A stretch of 64,000 nt of DNA. Source: Octopus vulgaris. Its lineage: Eukaryota. The notes under the pieces were generated by a model, which was not told the origin of the DNA, ran no database searches, and was given only the letters and a program-made list of their open reading frames with translations. How positions within the stretch are numbered: position 1 is the stretch's first letter; each line of letters begins with the position of its first letter. The stretch lies in NCBI GenBank assembly GCA_951406725.2, contig OX597815.1, positions 103,478,001 to 103,542,000 of the forward strand, in the 5' to 3' direction. Both the position numbers and the translations under genes were made by a program. This document shows positions 42,096-55,519 of this stretch, piece after piece.

Positions 42096-44011
42096 GATAT
42101 TGTTTACTGTAATAGAAAATAAGTCAAACGATTTTAGACAGGAACAGTGTAAATTAAACTCAACTACAGTATATTTCTGATTTATTTGTAGAAAGATCGG
42201 GGTAGAATCCATAACACTGACCAAAATGTTTTACTGGAAATGTCCGTATTCATGCCGCTTCTGTCAATTCCTCTTGCATTATACTCGCTGTTCTATCGAG
42301 ACTTCTAATACATTACTTGAAATATTAATCGCTAAAACAGATGTATGAGTAAACAATTTAGAAAAGGCTTATTATACACGATATTCTTTCGATTAAAGAA
42401 CAAATATGACAACTTGGCTTGAACTCAAAATGTAAAGTGATCTAACTAGATTTTACCTGCAAATTCGTCCATCAGGCAACTAATTCCGCCAATCCCTGGC
42501 CTTATGTATTCATTTTTTTCTTTTAAGATTAACATGAACCGTGTATTTCGGAAGAAGTATAATCAGAAAAAGTATAATCCCTACAACTTTACTGGCACTT
42601 TATTCTGTCTTCGTCGAACGGGTTAATATCAAATTCTGTCTTGGCAGGTTTCGAACAAGAAGCCAAATATCTGTATCTAAATATCATATACACTTTTCTG
42701 GCGATCTATATATCTGAAAATCCACCTCCCTAATTGTTGCTAACATATTCATGTAGAAGTATATAAGAAATTTAAGAAATCAATATATCAGAGCTGAAAT
42801 GTGGTTAGCATATTGTCCATAATTTCTCGCTGAATAAAACTCTAGAGATTTCGGAGATGTGCTATATCAGTTATCTAACTTTTCTGAAGTCTCTAATTAT
42901 ATCTTCTTTCGTATTTTGTCTTCAGTAATACTTATGACAGATATTAGGCAAATACACCTATGACTGAGAGGAAATAAACACATTGAAATATTATACTTCT
43001 CAAAGTTGTTTCGAAAGATATTTCTTGTCTTTCAATGGAATTCTTTACATCTGCTTTCTTTCGTATATGCTAGTATGCGTATGTATGTACGTATGTAAAT
43101 ATGCATGCATGTATGTATGCATGCATGCATGTATATATGTATGTATGTAGGAATGTATATATGCATGTATGCATGTATGTATAGATAGATAGATACTATA
43201 ATGATATGAACACGTGTGTGTGTGTGTGTGTATTTGCATGGATTTACCCGAAAAAGTATGAGATAACTGAAAATAGTATTTAAAATATTTGATAATACAA
43301 TTTTAATCAAGGGGTTTCAAAAGATATTGTGAGAAACGTTTTCATTAACTCATTGTGATATTGTAATAGAGGTGTAAAATCCATAAACTTGTTTGATCGG
43401 TATATTTACGTTTATACTGTTTCTGAAAGCGGAAGTTCAATCTGAAATGCAAATCAAATCTTTAGAAATGAAAGTAACCAAAACAATTACAAATACTAAT
43501 GCAAACGTGGTATGAATTGGTAAAGGACAAACGTTTTAACCACCCTAGTGGATCCTGTAAGCTACCACAAAATATATTAATGACTATATTAATAAAAGCG
43601 TGCATTGGGGAGTTATCCCGGTCTCTCAAAGTGAAATGAAGGAAAGATTAGTGAACACAAGCCAGAGACAATAATGATGGATGATTAAATACAGTATGTT
43701 TTGAAATTTCTCCAAAGAGACCGATCATAGTACTGAAGAAAATTGCAAGATATGATTTTGGAAAATTTAAAGAAAAATCAGTGGGTGATTATTAAATTTG
43801 GGGATACACTTTCCACAATAGAGATATTTAGAAGAAGCAAAATAAAGACTCTATTTCTTCTACGATATTTCGTTCATTAATAGTCAATAAGAACGAGCGC
43901 GAAACACTCGATCCTTGAATCCCACTGTAACTTCTGTCGATTATTAATAAATAAACGTTTATAGTTCTCCTTTCCTGTTTCCATCACCAAACCTATAATT
44001 GAATATGAATA

Positions 44012-44930
44012 GGCGCAGGCGTGGCTGTGCGGTAAGAAGCTTCCTTCTCAACCACATGGTTCTAGGTTGGTTTAGTCCCACTGCGTGGCACCTTGGGCAA
44101 ATGTTTTTCAGTAGAGTGTCGGGCCGACCAAAGCCTTGTAAGTGGATTTGGTAGACGGAAACTGAGACAAGCCCATCGTATATCTATATATATAAAACTC
44201 TAGTTGTGTGAGTGTCTGTCCCCTTCGATTTAGATTCCTAACTCCTCCCACATTTTGCGGTGCAGTTTAACCAAATTCGGGTATCTTATAGTCGTGATTC
44301 ATATCGAGCCCGTCTGGCTATTAGCGCGCGTCAACGATGAGTCTACGATTTTAAAAATAATTTAACATCATTTTTTATTCCATTTTAATGCATAATTTTT
44401 CGTGTGTCGATGGCGGCGGAGTTGGCGTCCACGCTCACAGCTGACCTGTTTGCTTCTCTCCCTTCCCTCCCTCGTGAAGCTGTGGGGAAGGGAGTGTAAA
44501 GAAATCAACGTCGTAATGCGTTGTCAAGGAGACCAGCGTTCTTTTAGAACAACGACTTCATGGCTTGAAGACACCAAAACAGAAATGGCTAAGAAAGCCC
44601 GAATTGGCATATATAAGGGAAGTAACTCTCTAAAAATGCTTATATAGTTATTTCCCTTACAAACCCGAGCAACGCCGGGCGATACTGCTAGTATATATAT
44701 ATACATATGTATGTATGTATATGTTTGAGCGTCTGTGCTTATCTCCCCAACCATCAATTGACAACCGATGTGTGTGTGTTTACGTGCCCTTTTTTAGCGG
44801 TTCGGCAAAAGAAACCGATAGAATAAGTACTAGGCTTACAAAGAATAAGTCCTGATGTCAATTTGTTCGACTACAGGCGGTGCTCCAGCATGGCTGCAGT
44901 CAAATGAGTGAAAGGAGGAAAAGAATAAAG
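44012..44930 (+). mobile_element. tRNA-derived SINE, full length, split by a Helitron
   Basis: Head ggcgcaggcgtggctgtgcggtaagaagc, body ggatttggtagacggaaactga, 3' part gacaaccgatg..agcggttcggcaaaagaaaccgatagaataagtact..ggcggtgctccagcatgg. Confidence 0.9.
44183..44691 (+). mobile_element. Complete 509-bp non-autonomous Helitron
   Basis: 5' TC, 3' CTAG (44688-44691), hairpin cccgagcaacgccggg (44664-44679), inserted between A and T with no TSD. Confidence 0.92.
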
Positions 44931-44944
44931 TGAAGGAATCTATT

Positions 44945-45140
44945 TTATCTCTTTTATCTCATTTGACTGCTGGGGTACCACCTTAAAGAATTTTTAGTCG
45001 AATAAATCGATCTCAGTACTTTTTAAAGCCTGTTGCTTATTTGATCGTTCTCTTTTGCCGAAGTGTTAAGTTACGTGAGCATAAATAAACCAACACCAGT
45101 TGTTAAGCGGTGGGGTGGGACAAACAAGGCCGAAAGACAC
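44945..45140 (-). mobile_element. SINE 3' half, tail-to-tail with the 44012-44930 copy
   Basis: Reverse-complement similarity to 44720-44930. Confidence 0.75.
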
Positions 45141-45221
45141 ACACGCATACACACATACAATACATACGCATATACACACACACACACACTCACACACATA
45201 TATGTATATATATACATACAT

Positions 45222-45331
<110 letters not shown>

Positions 45332-46179
45332 GTCCGCCTGTGTATATATATGTATCAATGTATGTAACAAACTTCCTGTCCAACAAGTCGATATCCAATT
45401 TTCGTAATAAATTGCGAATATTCAAATATACAACAGTATAGGTGTATGTGTTTAGGTAGGTATGCGAGTAGGTACGTACGTGTCTGCAAATTTTTCTCTT
45501 CTGTATATGCACATTTAGTTCATTGAAGTGTTACTGCTTTGTTATATATCATATAATACAAATATACACTTCTACTTATTTCTAAAAATATTTACTACTG
45601 CTGCTATTACTCAATTTCGATGTTCCTCTTTCTCTCTCAATTCTTTTCAGTTTTACTCATATAACTTACTCTCTTCATATGTCTGTCTATATGTCTCTCT
45701 CTCACTCTCTCTCTCTCTCTCTCTCTCATTCTTTGTCTCCCTCTATTTATTCATCTTTTGCTTTCTCTCCCCGTGCCATTCTCCCTTCCTATTTCACTCT
45801 TTTCCATCTATCAATTTCGTTCCGCCAGTTTGATTAATTGTATAAACCTATCGATCTCAATCTTCGCTCACATTCTACAGTTTATTAATCTGTCTGTAAT
45901 ATTCTTTATCTTCTTCATCAAATATATTTTATCTGTACATCTATCCATCTATATCATACTTCATACCACTCCGCTTTGTCTCCCTATAAATAAACGTATG
46001 TATGTATATATATATATACATATATATATGTGTGTATATATATATGTCTGTGTGTATATATATATGTGTAAATATATGTATATATCTATATATATGTATG
46101 TACATATATATGTATATATATATATACACACACACATTTATAAATTACATACATATATATGTGTGTGTATGTGTGTCTG

Positions 46180-46615
46180 TGTGTTTGTTATCTTTTATCC
46201 TTTAATTGTCTCAGTCATCCGACTGCGACCATGCTGGGGCACCAACTTCAACATTCTTTAATCGAATGATTCGATCCTAGTGCTTTTTTTCTGTTGTTTT
46301 TGGTAAGCTTTAAACATATTTATTGGGTCGTTTTGCCGAACCGCTAGGTTACGGGGATAATAACACGCCAACACTGGCTATCAAGCGGTGGTAGGAAAAA
46401 ACACATACACACACAATCACATACACACATACACACACATTCATTGATATATATATATATATATATATTCATGACAGTTTCTTTCAGTTTCCGGCTACCA
46501 TATCCTCTGACAAGGCTTTGGGCTGCTCGAAGCTATAATAGAGATACCTACGTAGTGGAACTGAACCCGGACTGCTGTGGTTGGGAAGCAAACTTCTTGC
46601 TACATAGACTAGCCG
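46180..46615 (-). mobile_element. SINE, degenerate near-full-length copy
   Basis: Same head, body and tail motifs as 44012-44930. Confidence 0.75.
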
Positions 46616-46864
46616 TGAATAAAATGAGGATATACACGTATTATTTCTAAGCTAGCTACGGATGTATGATAAATGAGTCGCTTAGGTCTTCTTGGAGGAC
46701 CGACCAACAAAACGTAAAATGCTATGTCAGGAGACTCCTTTATTCTTATACTACCCATCAATAATATAGACAGATTATTTTTACATTCCTATTTCAACCG
46801 TACTAGGAGACTTTGTAAGTTAAATTTATTTCTTTTCTTTTGAGTGTGTGACCCTCTGCTATAC

Positions 46865-46912
<48 letters not shown>

Positions 46913-46915
<3 letters not shown>

Positions 46916-47030
46916 GGGTAGACAGGTGTCGGAAAAACGGAACAACAAGCAAGTGTATTAGTTTGACGCTCGGGAAAAATGGAAAAGTCTTTTACGTTTC
47001 GAGCCTACACTCTTCAACAGAGTGTAGAAA
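46913..47030 (-). mobile_element. Short Penelope-type pLTR fragment with variant hammerhead core
   Basis: CUGUUGA-a-gagu guag gcuc-GAAAC-GUA (47020-46993): minimal palindromic stem III ACGU and a core A6-to-U change. Sits next to (TA)n. Confidence 0.55.
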
Positions 47031-47161
47031 ATTAATAGAGAATGAAAAAATTCAGTGGTCTAAGTTGGCGAATGCGCGCGCGCGTGTGTTAATGTGTTTG
47101 TGTGTGTGTGTCTGTGTATGTGTATGTGTCTGTGAGTGTGTGTCTGTGTACGTGCATGCGT

Positions 47162-47212
<51 letters not shown>

Positions 47213-47299
47213 CATATATATTCTTTTGTTCATTTCAGCCCAAAGGCTGAGGCCATATTGTGGCACCGCCCATGTTATCACCTTTCCATTGCCATTCTT

Positions 47300-47900
47300 T
47301 TATGATCGACTTTTGATAAATGAGGGGATCGACATTGCTGCCCTGCTTTGAGTTTCTTGCTGAGGTGTAGTTTCATCTGGGGCATTGGACATCGTCAGGT
47401 GGAGTTATTTATTGAAAACCTCTACACCTATTCCATGTAAATCTCTCAAATATTTTTGCAAGGTATTAAATAGCCGTGGACACTATTGCAGCACATGGTC
47501 CCAAAATTCGACGAGTGAGCTGAGACTTTTGCAACTGTGCAATGATGTTCAATTCGGAGCCGGTATAGCTCTCCATACCAAAGTTTAGTGCCAACTCTAA
47601 CAGAATCTTCTGTATGTATATCACTGGATATTTCTCCCACCTTCGCTCCAAGGCGAAGAGATGTAGCTCTTTCAGCTTCTCCCAGCAGCTCAGCTGTTCC
47701 AATGATGCAATCGTCCTAATGTAGCACCGCTGAACTGCCTCAAGTTCTGTTATTAATTTGACACTGTGATTTCTTGAATTGAGTAATCCAGACGGCTGAG
47801 GAAAAATGTCCCCCTTAAAACCAGTATGGTTTCCTGGTTCTTTTTTCTAAACGTTCTCAGAATTCATCCAGCCATTTGCCTGCACATGGCACTTTTGAGA
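47300..47900 (-). mobile_element. CR1-group LINE, 3' ORF2 remnant
   Basis: LSRLDYS, ELEAVQRCY, LSCWEKLKELHLFALERRWEKY..YIQKIL, PRLFNTL. Confidence 0.8.
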
Positions 47901-48647
47901 ATATAGCTCACTGAACCTCGTGTGTCCAGATAACATGTAAGAGCTAATACTTTATATTTCATATTATCTTTTAAACAGTTATATATTTAGCCTTAATCAT
48001 AACAAGGTTTTTAATAATAATTGTTAATTACAGGTATTCTTTTATTAGCTCCTATTCAATAAGAATATTTTAGTATATTCTATTAAATTACTGCTATAAG
48101 TTTCACATTAAAGCATGTAAGGATAATTATATCCTTAGTTGAGTTCAATCGAGTTTGTTTTTGTTTTGGAAAGAATAGAATATAAATGCTTTCAGGTTTT
48201 CTATTTATCACCATGGAAGACTGGTGGGAATAGTATCTGCATTGACTTCAAGGGCTAGGTTGATATTTAGTTAGATAATTTAGGAGTTAGTTATAGGTTT
48301 ACTAATTGAAATTATTTATCGGTACTGTTTTTGTACATAGGGTAAGTGTGATTCTTTGTTGTAGTTTAATTAATAATGATAGTGTGTAATCTTTCCTGGA
48401 ATTAAGACTGTTCCCAAACAACACATATTTTAGTGCTGTTGACACCGCCAGATTGAATAGTACTGCCCAGGTGTCAAAACCATAATGATATCCGTAGGGC
48501 AGCTGATGATGGCGGCATGTTGGATTATTGGTAAGGCTGTTATTGTATGTCAGAATAGTTTTATAAGACATCTATTTGATAGAAATATGAGTGTTGCTGA
48601 ACTATTATAGCGTCATAAAATTAAACATATAATATTTAATCATGGAT

Positions 48648-48858
48648 AGGCGGGGCGCTTGCAGAATCGTTACCGCGCCGAGCAAAATGCTTAGCGTCAT
48701 ATCGTCCGTCATTAGGGTCTGACTTCAAACTCCGCTGATATCAGCTTTGCCTTTCATCCACTCGCGATAGATAAAATAAGTATGGAGTATTAGGGTCGAT
48801 GTATTTGATTAACACCCTCTCTCGAAATTACTGATATTGTGCCAACATTTCAAGCCAA
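48648..48858 (+). mobile_element. Second SINE family, copy
   Basis: ggcggggcgcttgcagaatcgtta..atgcttagcg..ctttgcctttcatcc..gataaaataagta..gggtcgatgtat. Confidence 0.75.
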
Positions 48859-49499
48859 TATTTAGTCACGGACCATTTCGTTCTATGTTCAAAAGCCAAC
48901 CGAGATGTAGATCAAAGCCAATCTTTCCAAGATTGATAATACATGTACCAGTCAAGCAAAGAAAAATATACTATCAACAGTCCCTACCTCTTACAATAGT
49001 ACAGTTTAGATCTTATCATCGTAAGGTAAAGCAATTCAATCTAATATCCGGAATTATTTTGTGAACAGTAAATAACAACGTTATTAATAAAAATAAAGTG
49101 GCGATATTTTCTCTAACAATACTTTAAACAGCTCACAGATCACCAGTTTGACAAACATTGTTTCATTCCGTCCTTTGCTATATCTAATATAGCATTGTCG
49201 ATGTTCAATACGTTCCTAAAATTCGAAAAATACGTCATAGGAAATGAGTAAAAGTAGTTTCAAAAGATGATTCCTTAAGAAAGTATACACACACCGAGAT
49301 GCTAAAACGCGCTCGTAAGAAATATTTCATATAAATTGCCAATTATAACAGTAGTTACCTTGTAGCTCCGTACATCGACTAAACACACACCGCAGTGGTG
49401 CAGCTGAAAAATATAACATCTTAATGCAACATTCATTAAATGAGGTAGCGGAAACAGTTCCAAATGTACAACCACGGGAATAATTTCTAACTGGCGAGT

Positions 49500-49600
49500 T
49501 ATGAAAGTCAAATGAAATCGTTACTAGTTTTCCGGAATTGAAGACATACACGCACGTGTACAAATCTACCGGAAGTAAAAAAGACCCTTCGGCTATTTTG
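49500..49600. promoter_or_regulatory. Candidate promoter of the second decayed gene
   Basis: Clustered TTCCGGAA, CACGTG (E-box) and ACCGGAAGT (ETS consensus) motifs just upstream of the first exon-like block. Confidence 0.3.
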
Positions 49601-50505
49601 TTACTTGAAATTTCATGTGATAAGCACCTGGTCTGTGTGAAACATTAAATAATTGCTACATCATTATAAAAAGTGAACTTTATTTACAACCAATAGACAG
49701 AATACGTCGCTTTACAGTATACTGTCACAATTGTATAAATATTATATACGTGTGGTTATATGTATCAAATAGGAACTAGTAGTCAGTCATTCTGTATCTA
49801 ATACAATTGTTTGCCATAAGTTTTCTTCCACGTGTCTTCGTATTCTGTTCAAATTGCAATTAGTTTTTTCTCAAGATTCTCTGCTGTATATTACACTATC
49901 TTTGAAAATTTCTAGTCAGATTTATGTGCAATAAATTTAAGAATATATTTTCAATTCAATTGATGATACAGACGGAGGCATGGATACTCATCTATGATTA
50001 ATCGGATTTAATATATTCTTTTTACTGTGATGTCAAAAATATTGGCTACTTCAATCACATATTTTAGACGAATTTTTATCATTAGAGAATATATTGACAT
50101 TCAGCAAATTTCTTCGGGATTGAGATTCTCTAACCATTTCCTTGAAATTGGAAAATATAGGTAAAAACGACAAAATGCAAGCATTTTATGTAATATCATC
50201 AATTTTGTCATTTAAATTTTTAGAATTATGTCTCTAGAGAAATATTCAGATTTTCCTCGATTGCCCAGAATTCGCAATATTATCCTCTTCATGAGGCAAC
50301 TGGTAAAATAATATACTTTGCTTATCTTTTGTATGTATGCGTATACTTACACACAGGCACACATACAAAAACATACAGATACACATGCACGCACATATAT
50401 GCATATATAAATATACATAAACATATGTATGCATATGTGTATATATGGATACAAATATATGTATTCATATGTGACTATATGCATACATATGTATAGATAT
50501 ATGCA

Positions 50506-50544
<39 letters not shown>

Positions 50545-50661
50545 TTATATATATATATGTATGCATATGCGTATATATGGATATAAATATATGTATTCAT
50601 ATGTGACTATATGCATAGATATATATACATACATGCACATATGTATACATATATGCATACA

Positions 50662-51865
50662 TGCATACATGACAGAAGTAAATAGATACCCTTATAAGCA
50701 TTAACATTTATTTAAATCTGAAATTATACATTCAAATTATTTATTAAACGTTATAATGCAAATATTTAATATTTAGTAAACATGCCCATTGCATTTTCAA
50801 TACAAGGACCCTATTAGGCATGTTAATGATCAGGTAACGAATATCCTCTTGCGGAATTTCTTGCCAGGTTTCATTTAGCAATCTCAAAAGATCTGGCTTT
50901 GAAGATGCTTTCTTATTCTTTTTATACGGTACCCTGTCCATTATGCTCCAGAGGTGTTCAGTAGGGTACATATCTGGTTAATGGTTTGGCCATGGAAGTT
51001 TTTTTATCTTCCAACAAATCTTGGGTCCTTTTAACCGTGTGACAAGTCCCATCTTCCATGAATAAAGACTCTTCTTTAATCATTTCAACACTTGAGAAGA
51101 TTGGAAGGAGTCTTTTCTGGAATGACATATATTTATCTGAGTTTGTTTCCCCCATACTTCACCAGCTCTGATTGGTCATTGCTCCAAACTGTTCCTGAGA
51201 CCATCACAGAATTGCTGCCATGTTTCATTCTTGGCTGCAATTTTTATCAAATTCTTGATCACAGAGTGTCCAGACTCACACTCGACCCCTTATAGAAAAT
51301 AAAGCAAATCTGGACTGATTGGAGAATATGACAGTGTCTCAAAATGCTAGCAGCCTCTCCATCATCTCACAGGCTCAATCTATTCTCCGCTTGATATTAG
51401 CTAATCAAAGAAGTGGCTTCCTTCCTGCTGCTCTGCCATAGTAACCAAGTTTGTGGAGATACCTAACAGCTGTTCTAGGACTGATACCAACTTTGTTCTA
51501 CTTTGTCAGAGGCCTTGCAACGAGGCTTATCCTCCACACTTCTCTTAACAACGAGAAGGGACGTGTTATCTTAACTCCTCCCTCTCTCTGAAGAAGTGCA
51601 TAATCACTCTATTAATTGTAGAAATCGGGTGCCCAAGGTTTTCTGCAATTTTACGCTAAGTCCACCTTCAGAATGATCCATAATATGGCTTCTTTGAAAT
51701 TCATAGAGTTCCAAGGTTTCTTTTGTACATGTCATGATTAAGCAGTCGCATATAGAAACACTGAAACGTTAAAACGTCAATTAATAAAAAATATAAGCCT
51801 CACAAGTTAGAATAAGCATAAAACGATGGTTTATGGGGTGTCTTTTTACTTCTGTCATATCTGTG
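50662..51865 (-). mobile_element. Second Tc1 element with decayed transposase
   Basis: TIRs atgacagaagtaaatagataccc / gggtgtctttttacttctgtcat with TA at the right flank. Motifs VIFSNQSRF, FMEDGTCHT and WPNH*PDMYPTEHLWSIM. Confidence 0.85.
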
Positions 51866-52235
51866 TATATATATAGAGAGAAAGAGAGAGTTTGTAACTG
51901 TGAAACTTGAAGTAGATAAACAATACCGTGCAGAATATTGGGTCCAAAAGGTCGAAGGCTGCCTTCACATAAGCAGCATCTATTCATTTTATATCACTCG
52001 AATTTTCTGAATTCGTATGATGAAAATATGTATACAACATGATATATGCCACTCGCAAGCAAGTGAGACCTGGGAGATTGAAACACACTGTTGCTAATAA
52101 CTTTAGATCACTATTTAGTTTTGACAAAGATATGCACGATGAGGCGCACGACGCCGTTAACTCCGTGGAACATGGTTGATTTGGCTGACGAATGAGATAG
52201 AGGTGTACATCTGATATACATACAAGAAAGACATA

Positions 52236-52722
52236 GACACTCATAATAATAAAAAGGAGTACTGGTGGAATGTCCCAGTGAAAACCTCAATAAGATGTAA
52301 ACGCAATAGACCTGGGATAGTGAGTTGGGATAGACAAGAGAAGCTATGTTCAGTTGTGGAGATTAGCTGCCCAGCGGGTGTTAATGTAAAGCTAAAGATC
52401 ATTGAAATAGAAAATACCTACGCTGTACTATTGAGAAATATAGTTATTCTATCCAGATTACAAGTTCAGGTTTATACCTGCAATTGTTAGGGCAGTGGGA
52501 TATTTAACACACGGCTTAAATATCAATCTTGATAAATTAAGCTTCTCAAAACCAGAGAAGAGAAAGCTGATTCGAAGACTACAGATTCAAGCCATCACTG
52601 GAAACGTAAAAATCTGTAAACCTTCCCGGAAGTTTATCATTTAAGTATATTCGAGCATGTCTAGATATACAACTATATGCATGAAAATAAATATATGAGA
52701 CAAACAAAATCTGCACGTATAC

Positions 52723-52725
<3 letters not shown>
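52236..52725 (+). mobile_element. Dong/R4 LINE 3' end followed by (CATA)n
   Basis: YWWNVPVKTSIRCKRNRPGIVSWDRQEKLCSVVEISCPA; paralogous to 35238-35775. Confidence 0.88.
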
Positions 52726-52753
<28 letters not shown>

Positions 52754-52767
52754 CATACATACATACA

Positions 52768-52800
<33 letters not shown>

Positions 52801-52884
52801 GCACGCATGCATACACAGAAAAATACGGAGCCTTGGATCTAAGTTAGAAACTGAGAAATTTTGAAATAAAACTAAACAATGGCA

Positions 52885-53450
52885 AAGAGGCTGTGCAGGA
52901 AGAAGCTTGCTTCCCAACCACATGGCTCCGGATTAAGTCCCACTGCGTGGCACCTTGGGCAAATATCTTCTACTATAACCTCGGACCGACCAAAGTCTTG
53001 TGAGTGGATTTGTTAAACAGAAACTGATAAAAAAGCATATATGTATATATATATATAATATTTCCCGGATATGTAATCAAGGAAATTCTGAATATTTCTC
53101 TAGAGACATGATTCTAAAAATTTAAAAGACAAAATTCATGATATTAGATAGAATGCTTGTATTTTATCGTTTTTACCTATATACCAACCTAGCATATACA
53201 TCCAATTAAAACTTTACAACTAATTTAAAACTAATTCAAAACAAAACGAAATATAATCCTTTTGAAATCACAAATTAGGCTTTTCCTAAGGAATCAATGA
53301 TTATAATGAATGGGTTCTACCAACAAAAATATTATGACTTTAGCAATAGCCCACAAAGGTGCAAAGAATAAGTCCTGGAGTCGATTTGTTCGACAAGAGA
53401 CGGTGCTCCAGCATGGCCATAGACAAATGACTGAAACAAAAGAATAAAAA
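52885..53450 (+). mobile_element. SINE fragments (5' half about 52885-53035; 3' end about 53360-53450)
   Basis: ccaaccacatgg..gtcccactgcgtggcaccttgggcaa and aagaataagtcctggagtcgatttgttcgac..ggtgctccagcatggcc. Confidence 0.75.
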
Positions 53451-53599
53451 AATATTCATATACATATATATATATATATTTATATATATATATATATATA
53501 TGCATGTATGCGTGTTTATGCATATTTATACATACATAAATGCTTATACATATTCAATAACCAGCGATTTAGATATAAGATAGAGTAGAAATTTTAGCC

Positions 53600-55310
53600 A
53601 AAAGGAATACCTTCATTACTATCAAAGGCCATATATACCGAACTTTGCCGCTAATTTCAAGTGCCAACCATCTAAATCAGGGATTGATTTGACGAGCAAG
53701 CACATACTGGGGAATAACAACAACGACATAAGGTGACCCACCAGCCTACCCTTATGGTGTAACACCAACGAGGTGATTATATGTTTTCATACCAACAAGG
53801 GGAAGGGCAAATTAAAGTTCACTCAGTTCGATTTTTACCCGTTTGTATCGAAAGGGTTACTTGTCAAGGCAGTTTCCTTCGCTAGGGTCTTCACTGACAA
53901 TATCGATAGGGACATACATGTCATCATGTACGCCAGGAAACGATGCTGTTTAATAAACGTTCGGCATGGCTCAAACAAACCGATCCCGGGGGCTCTCATG
54001 ATGTAGCGATGGAGATCTACGACAGCTCCGATGTATGCGATCACATTACTATAACGATGCCCCAGATACTTGCGGGTTTAGGGACCGCATCTCCTACACG
54101 CAGGGCCCTTACGTCCACAGAAGGAAGCGCCACTGAAATATCATTTGATTTGTATCCCCATTCCCCTTCAACGTGAAACGTGTGTAGGTAGCATATTCCT
54201 TAACTTAGTAGATGAGCACGTTATAGAATCACATAGGTATGGACAACTATTCAACAGACATAACCTATGAGTCTCTTTTAGCTGCGACCCCAATTTTAAG
54301 AGTATTTTAATAAACACCCCTAGGCCACGAGTTGAGGCGGGATGTTCATGCAGGAACTACATCAGATTCCAGTGGGAGGCCAGTGCAAAAACAAGGAGGA
54401 CGCATACGAGGCTGAGGTGGTATCTGACCCTAATAGCAGCAGCAGATTTTTCAGTAGTATGAATAACAGAAATAATGGCAACTGTAGCAGCTTTAGCAGA
54501 AATAGCAGAAGCACCGTCACTATTCATAAGGCTAATAATGGTAACAATACTAACAACAACCACTATAACACCGATAACTGCTCCGACAACGATGATGGCT
54601 ATAGCAGCACCAACGGAGACACTAGCAACGACAACAGCGCCAACACCAGCACCGCCACCGATGATGTCCCCTACGCCAGCACCAGCAACAGCGGAAGTAA
54701 CAGCAGCATCATCAAGAGAAGCAGCAATGACAACAGCAGCATTCGAAAATATATCGGATGTTCCGGAAATACCTTCAAGCAGTGCCTCTACAACTGCAAA
54801 TTCTCATTTAAGATCCCGGAGAGGCGTTATGCCACGTCCTTGGCTAGCAACGTGTGACACCTGAAGGACGAAGGGCCTTGACATGTAATCACAAGGTAGA
54901 TCACAGAAAAACCGCGTCCCTACATCAACGGGAGCAAGCGTTGCATAGTTGAATGGGTGATGATATTAAAGTATTCTCTCGAGCCGGGGAACATCTTAAA
55001 TTCCAGGATGGATGTTTTCCGACCCTTATTACACTTCAGGTGATTCCTACTAAAATTTTGGAACCCAAATGCTGACTTGGTGGATTCTGGGTAGTGGTCT
55101 GGTCGTTCTTCTTTATCAGTTTGAACAATAGCCACGGGGCCTTTTCTCCCTCACTTTTGAATAGAGGTTATAGGACACAGGCCATTAGTGTCTGACGAGA
55201 TGGGTGTAAAGCTAAGCGCTTTATGGACGCGAAATCCCGGGTAACCCTATAAACCTCTCTCCATCTGTCCATGATCCATAAGTGTGCTTCTCGTTCCATT
55301 TGTTTTATTA
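53600..55310 (+). mobile_element. Rearranged Penelope-like element: RT with internal deletion, GIY-YIG, inverted N-terminal piece, 3' pLTR with HHR
   Basis: NPSKS..SKHIL, WCNTNEVI, KFTQFDFYP, IMYARK.MLFN, DVAMEIYDSSDVCD (YxDD region missing), CSCRN..PVGGQC, AYEAEV...KYIGCSGNTFKQ..YATSLAS, PYINGSKRC. Confidence 0.9.
55164..55256 (+). ncRNA. Type I hammerhead ribozyme motif, partly degenerate
   Basis: CUGACGA 55192-55198; long stem II with uaaagc/gcuuua; GAAA 55231-55234; near-palindromic AUCCCGGGU; GUA 55241-55243; stem I agugu/acccu extended by gagguuauagg/ccuauaaaccuc. Confidence 0.7.
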
Positions 55311-55391
<81 letters not shown>

Positions 55392-55422
55392 TATAAATAT
55401 ATGTGTGTGTATGTGTGTGTAA

Positions 55423-55458
<36 letters not shown>

Positions 55459-55474
55459 TTACACACACATACAC

Positions 55475-55519
<45 letters not shown>

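Noticed and set aside
50426-50620. About 60-bp direct duplication
   Set aside because: Ordinary slippage within a TA/TG microsatellite field.
54475-54864. Ala/Thr-rich 129-aa ORF as a mucin-like protein
   Set aside because: It is an alternative frame of the triplet expansion inside a Penelope endonuclease.
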